NCBI GenBank assembly: GCA_951406725.2
Contig: OX597818.1
Coordinates: 131,316,001 to 131,380,000, forward strand
Source of the DNA: Octopus vulgaris
Lineage: Eukaryota
Reading direction: 5' to 3'
Length of the DNA: 64,000 bases
Of this stretch, positions 41,220-53,814 are shown piece after piece; the stretch's first letter is position 1; every line of letters starts with the position of its first letter. The position numbers were made by a program, and so were the translations under genes. The notes beneath the pieces are model-generated. The model did not search any database, was not told the origin of the DNA, and saw only the letters and a list, made by a program, of their open reading frames with translations.

Positions 41220-42179
41220 GAAATAAATGAATAAATAACTATTTTTTTGTATTTGTTTCTTTTTTTTAATTCTGCTTTTACAAAAATGAAATTATTTTTA
41301 AATTTAACTATTCTATAAAAATAATTCAATACACAAAAACGAAAAAAATAGTTACTAACTGAATAAAAATAAACATAAGCTTACCAACAAAATTTATATT
41401 CCCTTTGGTTTTTTTAAAAATTTTTATTTTAAAAATATAAAAAATATGTTTAGATTGATTTTTTTTTCCTTCACTTGATTTTCAAGAAATTTTAAAGTTT
41501 CATTTAGTATGAGATTTCTTGTTTTGTCTTAAATTATTTTAACTCTTTATCATTTGAGATGACCTGGCCAGATGTGGGGGACTATAACTACAAACACCAT
41601 CATCATCATCTAACATCCATGTTCCATACTGGCATGGGTCGGATGGTTTGACAGCTTACGATGGGTCTAAGGACTGCATCATGCACCAATGTCTGCTTTG
41701 GCAGAGTTTCTATGGATAGGTGCCCTTCCTAATGCCAACTATTTTACAGCATGTATTGAATACTTTTTTTTACATACCATAAACACTACTGAGGTCACCA
41801 TGCAGCTTGCAGGTCTCTGAACCCTGAGAGAGGTAGGGTCAGTCTTATGCTAGGGGATGAGGGTTTAGAGTATGAAGAAGGTGGGGGAAGATCAGAGCAG
41901 CTTCTTGTGGAAGAGCTGCATAATCACTCACATTTAGTTGGAGAAGGAAAGAGTGAGGAGCAGGAGCTACAAAGCTATAGCTAGGAGATGGGGTGTCCAG
42001 CTGTCTTGTTTTCAAAATATGACATACCTAGTTGTAGTATGTTACATATGGTAGTAGTGAAAATGAACCAAACAATTTATACAATGAACAACATTTTTTC
42101 ATAGCTTCATAGTTTCATAAGCAACCAACTAGATAAATCATTTGAAGATTACATAGCTTTATGTCAACTGTTCTGGTTT

Positions 42180-42221
<42 letters not shown>

Positions 42222-42396
42222 GTTTAAATATTTGTTGTGCAAGATTTTTTATGTGAAGTCGTGTGTTGAAACAGATATTGTTATATTTCGGAATGGTCAT
42301 ATTGCCAGTTTAGCCAATAAAAACACACGCACTATATATTTGGTGTTATTTTGCTTCAGTGATATTTATTTTTTACATTAATCTTAATCTTATTTC

Positions 42397-42441
42397 GGCC
42401 AAAGTTCTTTCGTCACACTCCTGTGACCGCATCAGTGGTCC
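42397..42441 (-). ncRNA. hammerhead-like motif with atypical core (left arm)
   Basis: Identical to 44036-44080. Confidence 0.55.
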
Positions 42442-43189
42442 TTTGTTTTCTTCTCACTTACTTGTGTCTCTCCTTACTAACCGTCAGCCATTTTGTATTT
42501 CTATTGTATGTCTTCATTTGCGCATGCTTATATCTCTATGTGCGTCTATGTTTATTTAGTGTGTGTGGGGGGATGCCTGTAATATTTGTATCTTCTGGTT
42601 ATATACATTCTTGTAATTTGTATTTTGTTTTTGTTGTTGTTGCTTTTGTTCTAATTTTGTTCATGTGTTTACATCCACCCATTTTTATCATTACATATGC
42701 TTGTATGTATGTATAACAACAATATTAGTAATAATAATAATAAATCTAATCGAAAAAAAAAAAAAAAAGAAAAGAATATACATATACATATATATATATA
42801 TACATACATATACATATACATATACATATATATATATACATACATATACATATACATATACATATATATGCACATATACACACACATATACACATATAGA
42901 TATTCATTTCTATTTCTTTAATTACCTGTGTATTTATTATGTTTGCAGGATCCACTATTGTCATATGTTGTGGTGTGCGCTATTGCTCCATTCTAGTTTT
43001 CTATTCAGGCTAGGTTTATTTTCTATTATATGTGTAGCTTCTGTAATTTGTCTAATTGTTGCATCTGTTCTATGTGTTGACAATATCTTAATCTCTATGT
43101 TATTGATTGATCCCCCGTGTTCTTGTTCGGCGTGTTGGTACAGAATCGATGAGCTTTTACCTTCCTTGAGTTGTCTCCAATGTTCATTC

Positions 43190-43513
43190 AATGTGGTCTA
43201 TAGTATAAGATGTATAGAGGGACGATGCAGTAACAAGACAGTAACATACGTAGGGGAAACTGCAAGAAGCATTGGTGAGCGGGTGAATGAACATTGGAGA
43301 CAACTCAAGGAAGGTAAAAGCTCATCGATTCTGTACCAACACGCCGAACAAGAATACGGGGGATCAATCAATAACATAGAGATTAAGATATTGTCAACAC
43401 ATAGAACAGATGCAACAATTAGACAAATTACAGAAGCTACACATATAATAGAAAATAAACCTAGCCTGAATAGAAAACTAGAATGGAGCAATAGCGCACA
43501 CCACAACATATGA
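43190..43513 (+). pseudogene. PLE GIY-YIG endonuclease domain (5'-truncated, frame intact to stop)
   Basis: NVVYSIRC...TYVGETARSIGERVNEH...LYQH...RQITEATHI..NKPSLN. It shows the GIY-YIG VVY/YVG motifs with conserved R, E and N. The C-terminal part is duplicated at 42961-43190 (-). Confidence 0.9.
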
Positions 43514-44035
43514 CAATAGTGGATCCTGCAAACATAATAAATACACAGGTAATTAAAGAAATAGAAATGAATATCTATATGTGTATATGTGTGTGTATAT
43601 GTGCATATATATGTATATGTATATGTATATGTATGTATATATATATATGTATATGTATATGTATAGGTATGTATATATATATATGTATATGTATATTCTT
43701 TTCTTTTTTTTTTTTTTTTTTTTCGATTAGATTTATTATTATTATTACTAATATTGTTGTTATACATACATACAAGCATATGTAATGATAATAATGGGTG
43801 GATGTAAACACATGAACAAAATTAGAACAAAAGCAACAACAACAAAAACAAAATACAAATTACAAGAATGTATATAACCAGAAGATACAAATATTACAGG
43901 CATCCCCCCCACACACACTAAATAAACATAGACGCACATAGAGATATAAGCATGCGCAAATGAAGACATACAATAGAAATACAAAATGGCTGACGGTTAG
44001 TAAGGAGAGACACAAGTAAGTGAGAAGAAAACAAA

Positions 44036-44080
44036 GGACCACTGATGCGGTCACAGGAGTGTGACGAAAGAACTTTGGCC
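44036..44080 (+). ncRNA. hammerhead-like motif with atypical core (right arm)
   Basis: GGACCA CTGATGC G GTCACA-GGAG-TGTGAC GAA AG AA CT T TGGCC. Stem I is CCA/TGG, stem II is 6 bp, stem III is minimal; A9 is replaced by C. Confidence 0.55.
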
Positions 44081-44194
44081 GAAATAAGATTAAGATTAAT
44101 GTAAAAAATAAATATCACTGAAGCAAAATAACACCAAATATATAGTGCGTGTGTTTTTATTGGCTAAACTGGCAATATGACCATTCCGAAATAT

Positions 44195-44306
<112 letters not shown>

Positions 44307-44492
44307 GAGTTATGAGAGGTAATGGTGTCAGTAAGACCCAAAGGTGTCTGATAATGCTGAGTAAGTGCTTTGGTCAGACAATAGTTAAGCTCCGGGTTTG
44401 GTGATTATGCGAATGAAGAGTCCAACAACCTTCTATTTATAAATGTTCTAAAATCTTTCACAACCTTGGATTTTTATCTCATTCTGGAAATT

Positions 44493-44523
<31 letters not shown>

Positions 44524-44560
44524 ATTTAGAGCATTTTGGAAATTCTTTGATACAGTTATA

Positions 44561-44750
44561 ATATTTGGAGAGAAGATATTTTCTCAAAGAGTTAAGATCT
44601 AGAAAAAAAACTTTTTAGAAAGTTGAAGCCTTTGGGAAGAGATTTCACAAAATATGTGTGGGCTTTCCTTTTATGGATGTGCAAGTGCTTTCAGTTCTTA
44701 AGGTTCTTTCTCAATCTTAACTCTTTGAAAAAAAAATCTCTCCATATATA
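44561..44750. repeat. short diverged foldback
   Basis: TGGAGAGA..TCAAAGAGTTAAGAT pairs with ATCTTAACTCTTTGA..TCTCTCCA. Confidence 0.75.
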
Positions 44751-44762
44751 TACAAATATATA

Positions 44763-44799
<37 letters not shown>

Positions 44800-44800
<1 letters not shown>

Positions 44801-45105
44801 GGGAAAGTTTACGAAAAAAACAAAAGACAAAGACAGGTGGTGTACAAAACAAACAAATGTATTAGTATAGTGCTCAGGAATAGAAAAAGTCTTTTACATT
44901 TCGAGCCTACACTCTTCTACAGAAAGGGACACAGAAAAAACAAGGAGAAAAACAAGGAGAGAAAAAAAATGTGTGTAGTGGCCTAATGATCTATCATGGC
45001 GTCTGACTCGGACAAAATGGTCAGACAGGAGAAGGAAAGTAGGGGAGATAACAAGGTAAGGTGACCCCCAACACGAAGGAGCCCCCAACACAAAGGTGCG
45101 TGTAT
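44800..45105 (-). mobile_element. family G (TA)n-anchored element, longest copy
   Basis: Minus strand at 44890-44927 reads CTTT CTGTAGA A GAGT GTAG GCTC GAAA TG TA AAAG. Confidence 0.8.
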
Positions 45106-45423
45106 AAGAAAGTATGTATGTGAGTATATGTGATGGGCTTTCTTTGATTTCTGTCAGCCAAATCTACTCATGAAGCTTTAGACAGCCTACGCCTATTGTA
45201 GAAGACATTTGTCCAAAGATGCTATGCAGTGAAACTGAACCCAGAACCATGAATTTGGGAAATAAACTTCTTACCACAGAGCCATGGCTGACCATATTTT
45301 TAATCAAATATTTTACCCAACTTTTTTAGATAGTTAACTATTAATAGACATTTAGTTAAATATATAAATAAACAATTTTTCTAGCAAATAACATTTACTA
45401 TTATTAAGCATACCATTGGAATA

Positions 45424-45796
45424 TTCTTTTACTCTTTTACTTGTTTCAGTCATTTGACTGTGGCCATGCTGGAGCACCACATTTAGTCGAGCAAATCGAT
45501 CCCAGGACTTATTCTTTGTAAACCTAGTACTTATTCTATCGGTCCCTTTTGCTGAACAGCTAAGTTATGGGGACATAAACACACCAGCAGTGGTTTTCAA
45601 GCGGTGTTGGGGGGACAAACACAGATACATATATACAATGGGTTTCTTTCAGTTTCCATCTACCAAATCCACTCACAAGACTTTGGTCGGCCCATGGCTG
45701 TAGTAGAAGACACTTGCCCAAGGTGCCACACAGTGGGACTGAAATGGAACCATGTGGTTGGTAAGCAAGCTACTTACCACACAGCCACTTCTGCAT
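45424..45796 (-). mobile_element. tRNA-derived SINE, family A
   Basis: Colinear with 39911-40334; an additional head fragment lies at 45130-45290. Confidence 0.9.
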
Positions 45797-46869
45797 ACAA
45801 ATCATATAATATCATATTAAATATCAAATGATCCATAGTATATATAAATTAGTAAAATATAAAATATTTATTTATACACAAAAATAGGGGTGGGGTACTG
45901 AGGGTATTATGTGGCCAAGAGAGGGGGGCAGTGACCCAAAAAGTTTGAGACTCTTTGGTATAAGGTATTAATCTAGATCCGTCACAAAGACAGGAGTTAT
46001 TTCAAGCAAGTTGTTATCTAAAAGGAACATTTTTATAACTCATTCATTGCTAAATAATAGATACTTTGTAACTATTATTGGCATTCACAGTAAGTGAAGG
46101 CAAGAATTTTTAAAAAATGATAAATTGAAATATTCAGATTCTACTATGTTTAACACACCTTATTTCAGTACTAACAATCTAACAACATAGCACTGGAATA
46201 TATTTCTCAAAGCAGAAATGACCTCAGTAATTTCTGAAATATCCACACCCAGCTCAACAGAATTCCAGAAATGTCTAAGAAGAACTTATTTCCGAGTTTC
46301 ACAGAACTCCCTAAAAATGAAAGATTATATCCAGGTCAGGAAAGAAATCAAAACTTTGACTAATTAATGCATACTATAACAAAGAGTTCCCTCTAAATTA
46401 AATGGGTGTAAGAGAGAGAAAAGTAATTTAATGAGCAGAAACAAAGTGACATTGGTAAATGAAGGCAAGAAAAAAAGAAAGAAAATTCCTATATCTATTG
46501 ATATTTATTTACTTATTTATTATTATTTCCAATCCTATAATTAGAAGTCCTGTTAAAATCAGAATTAATTAGTAGATTTCTGCATTCTTTTGCTTTGCAC
46601 ATGCACGTACATACTTATACACATACACATGAATACTTACAAATATATATGTGAGTGCATTTGAAAATATGTATATATATATATTCACACACATATATAT
46701 GTATACACACACACAAACATGTATGTATATGCACACACATTCATGCAAAAATGTATATTACAGTATGCGACACTTCATTATTTCGGTTTAAGATGCATTC
46801 TTGTTTGCATATATACATGCCTACACTTTATATATAAATATATATACACAAACACAAACATATATACAT

Positions 46870-47335
46870 ACATACAAACATAAATAGATGCATACATACA
46901 TATAAGCATAAACACTTACATACATATTTACACACACATATATATGTACACATATGCTTCTATGTATTCATACATACACACATGTACACATACATGCACA
47001 TATACACTTGAAGCCATCAACATACATATAAACATACATAGATGCATACATACATATAAGCATATACGCTTACATACACGTCCCTACATACATATGTACA
47101 CACACATATGCTTCCATGTATTCATACATACACACATGTAAACATACATGCACATATACACTTGAAGCCATCAACATACATACAAACATACATAGATGCA
47201 TACATACATATAAGCATATATGCTTACATATACATCCCTGCGTACATATGTACACACACATATACGTACACATGCTTCTATGTATTGATACATACACACA
47301 TGTACACATACACTTGAAGTCATCTACATACATAC
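46870..47335. repeat. tandem triplication (~155 bp unit) of degenerate CA/TA repeat
   Basis: CACTTGAAGCCATCAACATACATA-like anchor at ~47005, ~47159 and ~47311. Confidence 0.85.
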
Positions 47336-47506
47336 TTTAATTCTTTCATCTTTCTTAGTAATATTTTCATGCTTTTCATTCTGCATCTGTGTTATAGTCA
47401 CCAATGCAGATTAAGCCATCAACGATAACTTTAAATGTACAACATCAAGCACTGTACTGGTGCTGCCAGGGTTGCATGTCTAGGGCTTTTTTCTTTTTCC
47501 TACCAG

Positions 47507-47676
47507 CTTGTGCCAAGGTTTCAGTCACTGTAATGTTCTGAACTCAACTGCACCAAGAAAAAAACCCATATCATCAAGGAGAAATAGATGTCACAATGAA
47601 GACGATGATGGTGACAGTGATGATAATGATGATGATGATGATGATGATGATCAAGAAGCTGCTGCTTCTGAAATTG
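47507..47676 (+). CDS. candidate 170-nt exon (LCQGFSHCNVLNSTAPRKKPISSRR...poly-D...QEAAASEI)
   Basis: tttttttctttttcctaccag|CTTGTG...GAAATTG|gtgagta. Strong splice signals and one open frame. No homologue recognised. Confidence 0.35.
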
Positions 47677-48714
47677 GTGAGTATATAATAAAGATGCTGA
47701 AGATGAGAGGGAAGAGGTTAGTGAAGACAGGGCATCTTTGGATGATGATGATGATGATGATAATGATGTTGGAAACAATGACATTTGAAGATGATGATGA
47801 TAATGACGATGATTAAATAAATATGATGATGATGATAATGATGATGATTATGGATGATGATAATGAACGTGACAATGGTGACTATATGAATATGAGTATG
47901 ATGATGATGATGATGATGATGACAATGAAGATAATGACAATAGTGATTAAATAAATATGATGGTGACAATGGAGATTAAATGAATATAATGATGATGATG
48001 ATGAAGACGACAATGCTGATGATAAGGATGATGATGATGATGATGATGGCTCATGACATCAGATATTATTTAGAAAGCTTGCTTATGAATATTGCATGAT
48101 GTTAATCTGAAGGAATCTACAATGTCTCCAAAAGCTCACAGAGAGGGTCCAGATTTCAAAGTGACTTCAGATTGAAGATGGCTTAATTGGAGATGGGAAG
48201 GTGGGGAAGTCACAGGTCATAATAGCTGTTGCCAAGGAGATTCTATCAATGTACAGGTTAATATATGTATAACAGAGATGAGGTATATAGGGAAAACAGC
48301 ATACTATAGCAGTTGTGATGAGTGACATGGGTGGAAATTGAACAAATAAAGTGGCTGCCAAAAGGTAAATTGAGATCAGGTGGACTGAGGTGACGTATTT
48401 TGCATGTCTGTTGGAATGAATCGGCTCAACTTTTCCAGACATGGACCTGTGGAAATTGATGAAATCTCCCCCCATCACCACTCTCTGTCTGTCTGTCTGT
48501 CTCTCTTCAAAGACTTAATGGATATCTTTATTTTTTACATAACCAGATTACAGCCCTGTGGAACAAATATCATCATCACCATCAAGATTTAATATCTATT
48601 TTCCATGCTAGCATGGTTTGGATGATTTGTGAGGAAATGGCAGGAACTGGCTACACTTTCTTCTACAATCTATTTTGGCTTGGTTTAACTGGGAAGATAG
48701 TTTTTGTGGGTGGC

Positions 48715-49450
48715 AAATGCACAGGGGCAATAAATACTGAAAATGTACAGAAAACAGACTCCATCACATACCAGGGGGAAAAAACTAGTAGTAGTTGATA
48801 GCTTCTGCTACCTAGGTGACCAAGTCAGTAGCAGGGGTGGATGCTCTGAGAGTGTAGCTGCTAGAATAAGAACAGCCTGGGCAAAGTCCAGAGATCTCCT
48901 ACCTCTGCTGGTAACAAAGGACCTCTCACTCAAAATGAAAGGTAGACTGTATGATGCATGTGTGCAAACAGCTATGCTACACAGCAGTGAAACATGCGCT
49001 GTGATTGCTGAGGACATGTGTAGGCTTGAAAGAAATGAAGCTACTATGCTCTGCTGGATGTGTAATGTCAGTGTCATACACGACAGAGTGTAAGCACCCT
49101 GAGAGTAAAGTCGGACATAATGTGGTGTACAAGAGAGACAACTGTGCTGGTATAATCATGTGTTGCATATGGATGAGAAGAGCTGTGTGAAGAAGTGCCA
49201 CACTCTAAAAGTGGAGGGAACCTGTGAAAAAGGTAGACTCAAGAAGACATGGGATGAGGTGGTGAAGTATGACTTTCAATGAGGCAATGACAACCACTGA
49301 GACCTTTGGAGATATGCTGTGCTTGAGAAGACCTGTTGAATCAAGTGAAATCATAGCCGTGGCCAATGCCAGTGTCACCTCACTGGTACCCATGCCAATG
49401 GCACGTTAAAAGCACCATTTGAGTATGATTGATGCAGGTGCTACTGGCAT
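48715..49450 (+). mobile_element. RTE-clade LINE fragment (RT C-terminus and start of 3' UTR)
   Basis: VDSFCYLGDQVSSRGGCSESVAARIRTAWAK...KGRLYDACVQTAMLHSSET...LERNE, with frameshifts. Confidence 0.9.
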
Positions 49451-49511
49451 CAATCACACTCAAATATATAGATATATATATGTATATGTATATGTATATA
49501 TATATATATAT

Positions 49512-49745
49512 TTATCAAAATAAAAACATGATGCAAAGGATTTAGCGGTACATATGTTTCTGGCTTTTATTAGACGGTTTATATCAATGCATAATTGATG
49601 TAATATGTATGTCAATAGCCTTCTTCAGCCGCATACAATTACTACTTCAAGGACATGTATTACATAATAAGTTTGGGAAAAAGACGATTTACGTTGGGGA
49701 TGCAGATCCTCATAGTCGTGTACAACAGAGCGAGGCACCAAAAAA
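49512..49745 (-). mobile_element. (TA)n-flanked short element carrying a hammerhead
   Basis: Unique-looking ~230 bp between two TA tracts; contains the motif at 49545-49632. Confidence 0.65.
49545..49632 (-). ncRNA. type-I minimal hammerhead ribozyme, core intact
   Basis: GCGG CTGAAGA A GGCT [loop] AGCC A GAA ACATATGT A CCGC. Stem I GCGG/CCGC, stem II GGCT/AGCC, palindromic stem III, GUA cleavage triplet. Confidence 0.8.
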
Positions 49746-50537
49746 ATATATATATATATATGTATGTATGTATGTATATGTATATCTATATATATATATT
49801 TATTTTCTTTATGTGTAGCAGTGAGCTGGCAGAATCACTGCCATGCTGGGCAAAATGCTTAGCAGCATTTCGTCCGTCTTTACATTCTGAGTTCAAGTTC
49901 TGTCGAGGTCAACTTTGCCTTTCAGGGTCAATAAAATACGTACTTAACCCTACCCATCACCACTGAAATTGTTGGCCTTGTGCAAAAATTGTTAAACAAT
50001 ATATTACTGGTTACAACGGGTCAAGATGTTGACATTAGTTCCATGTCGAATATTAACTCTAGGCAATATTAAGGCTTCTTCAGACACGGTGGCTAGATTA
50101 TAAACACACACATATATATATATTTAAGAGAGCGCCAGGAATGTCTTCAATCCTAGCTGTCAACTTAGTTGCACTTCATGAACGTATTTGGTTAATGGAA
50201 TGCTCAAAATAGAGAACCAACTGTACACCTTATTAATCAAACAATTTAATGTATCATTAATTAATTAATCATAATAATTAAGCACTCTGAAAATTCAAGT
50301 ATCGTGTAATAACTAATTGTAGTATATTTAACACAAGAGTAAATAATAGTAAATGAATAAGGAATTAAGACAACTTTTCTTTACATAACGCTCAGTTACT
50401 TGAGAATGATTATTTATTGTTTACTTATGCATTAAATATACAGTTTGTGCAATGTTGCATAATAATAAAACAAAAATAACCATTTCATTTCATCAGGTGT
50501 CATACTGAATCTGACAGACTTTAAATAACCATTTTCA

Positions 50538-50936
50538 TCTCTTTTACTCTTTTACTTGTTTCAGATATTTGACTGTGGCCATGCTGGAGCACTGCATTTA
50601 GTCGAGCAAATTGGCCCCAGGACTTATTTTTTGTAAGCCTGGTACTTATTCTATCGGTCTCTTTTGCCGAACCACTAAGTTACGGGTACTTAAACACACC
50701 AGCATCAGTTGTCGAGTGATATTAGGGGGACAAATGCAGACACACAAACTTATACATACACATACATGTATATATATATACATATATATGACGGGCTTCT
50801 TTCAGTTTCCGTCTATCAAATCCACTCCCAAGGCTTTGGTCGGCACGTGGCTATAGTAGAAGATACTTGCCCAAGGTGCCACACAGTGGGACTGAACCCA
50901 GAACCATGTGGTTGGTAAGCAGGCTACTTACCACAC
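50538..50936 (-). mobile_element. tRNA-derived SINE, family A
   Basis: Colinear with 39911-40334. Confidence 0.9.
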
Positions 50937-51247
50937 TATGCCTAAATCATGGTTGAGATTTTCCCATAAAGAAAAACCTGTATGCACGCATGTGTGTATG
51001 TGTGTGTCTTTATGTCTATGTCATTAGCATAATAATTTTAGCATTCATTTTTCCATGTTTAGGCAGATTCTCAGTGGCTGGATGCCCTTCCTGTCACCAG
51101 TCCAGTCCTCACCTGTCTTGAAGTAAGGTAATATTTCCCAATGGTCAGGTATGTTTTCATGAAAGATTGGAAATGGAGGATGCTATTTGCATGACAGTGA
51201 CATTTATTTTCAGTTATCACACCATGTCAAGACAAGAAGACAGTCAT

Positions 51248-51293
<46 letters not shown>

Positions 51294-51295
51294 AA

Positions 51296-51578
51296 TATCT
51301 GTAAATGTAATATGTGACAATTATTTGGTAGCCCTGATAAAGATGTGAGTTTCGGATGCCGGGATGGAAATCCACATCGCCATCTCTTCAGTTATCCGGC
51401 CATCAATGGTCAAATAACCAAAGAGATGGTGGCATAGATTTCCACCTCGGCATCCGAAACTCGGAGTTTTATCATGGCTACCGAATAATTGTCACATATT
51501 ACATTTACAGATAAATTTCCTCTATTTACATAATATCGAGGTCTCTTTCACTCTTTTGTTGTCTTACCATTTTTATCA

Positions 51579-51580
<2 letters not shown>
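51296..51580. mobile_element. palindromic element (51296-51513) with mirror hammerhead motifs, in (TA)n
   Basis: Arms of ~108 bp with almost no spacer. Motifs at 51336-51396 (-) and 51413-51473 (+). The right copy extends to the TA run at ~51580. Confidence 0.85.
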
Positions 51581-51609
<29 letters not shown>

Positions 51610-51611
<2 letters not shown>

Positions 51612-51815
51612 ACTGGAAGCTTTATGAAAATAAACAAAAGACGAAGGCAGGTGGAATACAAACCAACAATTGTATTAGTATGGCGCTCAGGAATATAAAT
51701 AAAACAAGTCTTTTACGTTTCGAGCCTATGCTCTTCAACAGAGAGATACACAGAAAAGAAACACGGAGAGAAACAAGGAGAGAAAAAAATGCGTGCAGAG
51801 GCTAGCGAATCAACA
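51610..51815 (-). mobile_element. family G (TA)n-anchored element
   Basis: Minus strand at 51709-51746 reads TCTCT CTGTTGA A GAGC ATAG GCTC GAAA CG TA AAAGA. A further fragment lies at 52005-52105. Confidence 0.8.
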
Positions 51816-51824
51816 TAATATATA

Positions 51825-51990
51825 TCATCATCATCATCATCATCATCGTTTAACGTCCGCTTTCCATGCTAGCATGGGTTGGACGGTTCAACTGGGGTCT
51901 GGGAAGCCAGAAGGCTGCACCAGTCCAGTCAGATCTGGCAGTGTTTCTACAGCTGGATGCCCTTCCTAACGCCAAGGATGCCCTTCCTAA
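51825..51990 (-). mobile_element. repeat family D (RTE-like 3' end)
   Basis: Reverse complement of the 56140-56268 region, with (CAT)n tail. Confidence 0.85.
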
Positions 51991-52105
51991 CATATATATA
52001 CATACAATGAAAAAGTTTTTAACATTTTGAACCAACGCTCTTCCACAGAAAGAAACAAAGAGAGAAAATAAAGAATTTGTAGTGGCTAGCAATCTATCAT
52101 GGCGA

Positions 52106-52144
<39 letters not shown>

Positions 52145-52544
52145 TATTATTAGCAGCAGCATTGTATAAGCACACATGCACACACTAAATGCATATCACA
52201 TACATACATAATATATATATATATATATATATTCATTTATATTGTAAATTATTGATAATAGAATATATACCAGAATACTCATATATCAATATGGCGTCCT
52301 CTCTATGTATGTCAGACAGAACCGTTTGACATGCAAGTTAGTACACAGCCACTCTGTTCTCTCCATCATTTACTCAATCATGCTACTTTAATTCATAACT
52401 CTTCAAATACATCACTTTTACTTTATATCCCATAGACACATCTGAACAGTCTGGTGGATTTACATGGTGAAAATAAACCCACAAACGCACACACAGATAC
52501 ATATACTGTTGTGAATTTATATAGTGCTTAGACAGGTTACATAC

Positions 52545-52800
52545 ATAGAAAACTAAGTGTAGATGAATGGCTTGTGAGAATGGTGCAATTCATGTATAAT
52601 GATACAGACAACAAGGTGATAGTTGGCAATGTGTTTAGCAAGGAATTTAGCATGCTTGTAAGTGTTCATCAAGGCTCTGTTCTTAGCATTCTTTTGTTTA
52701 TTATAGTTCTCCATGATGAAGGAGTTTATGTAAAACCAGATGTCTATGGGATCACATGTATGGTGGTAACCTGGTCCTTAAGAGCAGAGTTTGTGTAAGG
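52545..52800 (+). mobile_element. RTE-clade RT fragment
   Basis: RKLSVDEWLVRMVQFMY...FSKEF...VHQGSVLSILLFIIVL, containing the QG..LS motif. Confidence 0.8.
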
Positions 52801-53814
52801 CCCTAGAGAAGAGAAATTTCTGGTATTAGAAGTGAAACCTAGACTCAAACTTGAAGAATTCAACGCTTTTCATAAACTCTGCAATTTTTTAATAAGCTAA
52901 AAAATAAGGGTAGCATGTATGATGGGGGTCTAATGATGAACCTCTACAGGAAAGAAACTTTTCACCAACTCTACAATCCTCTCTTCTATAGCAAGCTATC
53001 TAAGGAATTTACCATGCTAATTGTTTTCCTCAGGACATCATGAACTACCTCGTCCAGGAATCAGATCCATAACCTTATAGTTGTTGGACCTAACACTCTG
53101 ACCATACTCTCTCTCAATGTCAATCTCTCACTTTCTGCACCTTCTTTTCTCACTCTTTTTTTCCCTGTTCCATAACCAATTTTTCCAGCACCTCATTTTC
53201 ACTCTCTTTTTCTATTTATATCGCTACTGTTGCTTCAACATTCCCTAGGCTCTTTCACTCACCTACTACTATCTCCTATTTTCTCTTTTCTCACAAGGCT
53301 CCACTGCTTTATTCTCTATCTGCTGTATTCTCTTCATTGTAGCAGCAACCAGCAGTCTTTTTGTCGCCTTAGGATACTTTTTTAAGGACTTTGGGTTATC
53401 AACTTTATTCTATCATTTACTTGTACAAATGTCACATATTTATTGTCTTGGTCAAAACATCATCCATACAATTATCTCCTTACTCATCTTATATCCCCAC
53501 TCAGTTCCATCTTAAATTTATCATTATGCTGTAAGACTTTATATATTTATACTCCTTTGATTGTTCTGCACTTTTTCCATTCTTTGCACAACATGTCTTT
53601 ACTTTATCATATCAGTCAAAAGATCTCCTATATTCTGTTTCATTTTTCCTGTAAATTTCTTTTTTGCTTGTACTAATATTTTTTATACACACACATATAC
53701 ATATGTGCACACACATAAATGAAAAACATCAAAAATATATATATATGTTGATTTTGTTATATGCATGCATATATATATATATGTATATATATATAGTGAT
53801 TTTTTTTTATACAC

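Noticed and set aside
42665-43189. N-terminal two-thirds of the 282-aa ORF 42665..43513
   Set aside because: Antisense read-through of the inverted arm and microsatellite; only 43190-43513 is real PLE coding sequence.
44345-44385. TGT CTGATAA TGC...GGTC AGACA hammerhead-like trace
   Set aside because: GAAA and stem II are missing; too degenerate to support.
49609-49818. KKTIYVGD peptide resembling an RRM start
   Set aside because: Lies inside the TA-flanked hammerhead element on its antisense strand, with no splice context.
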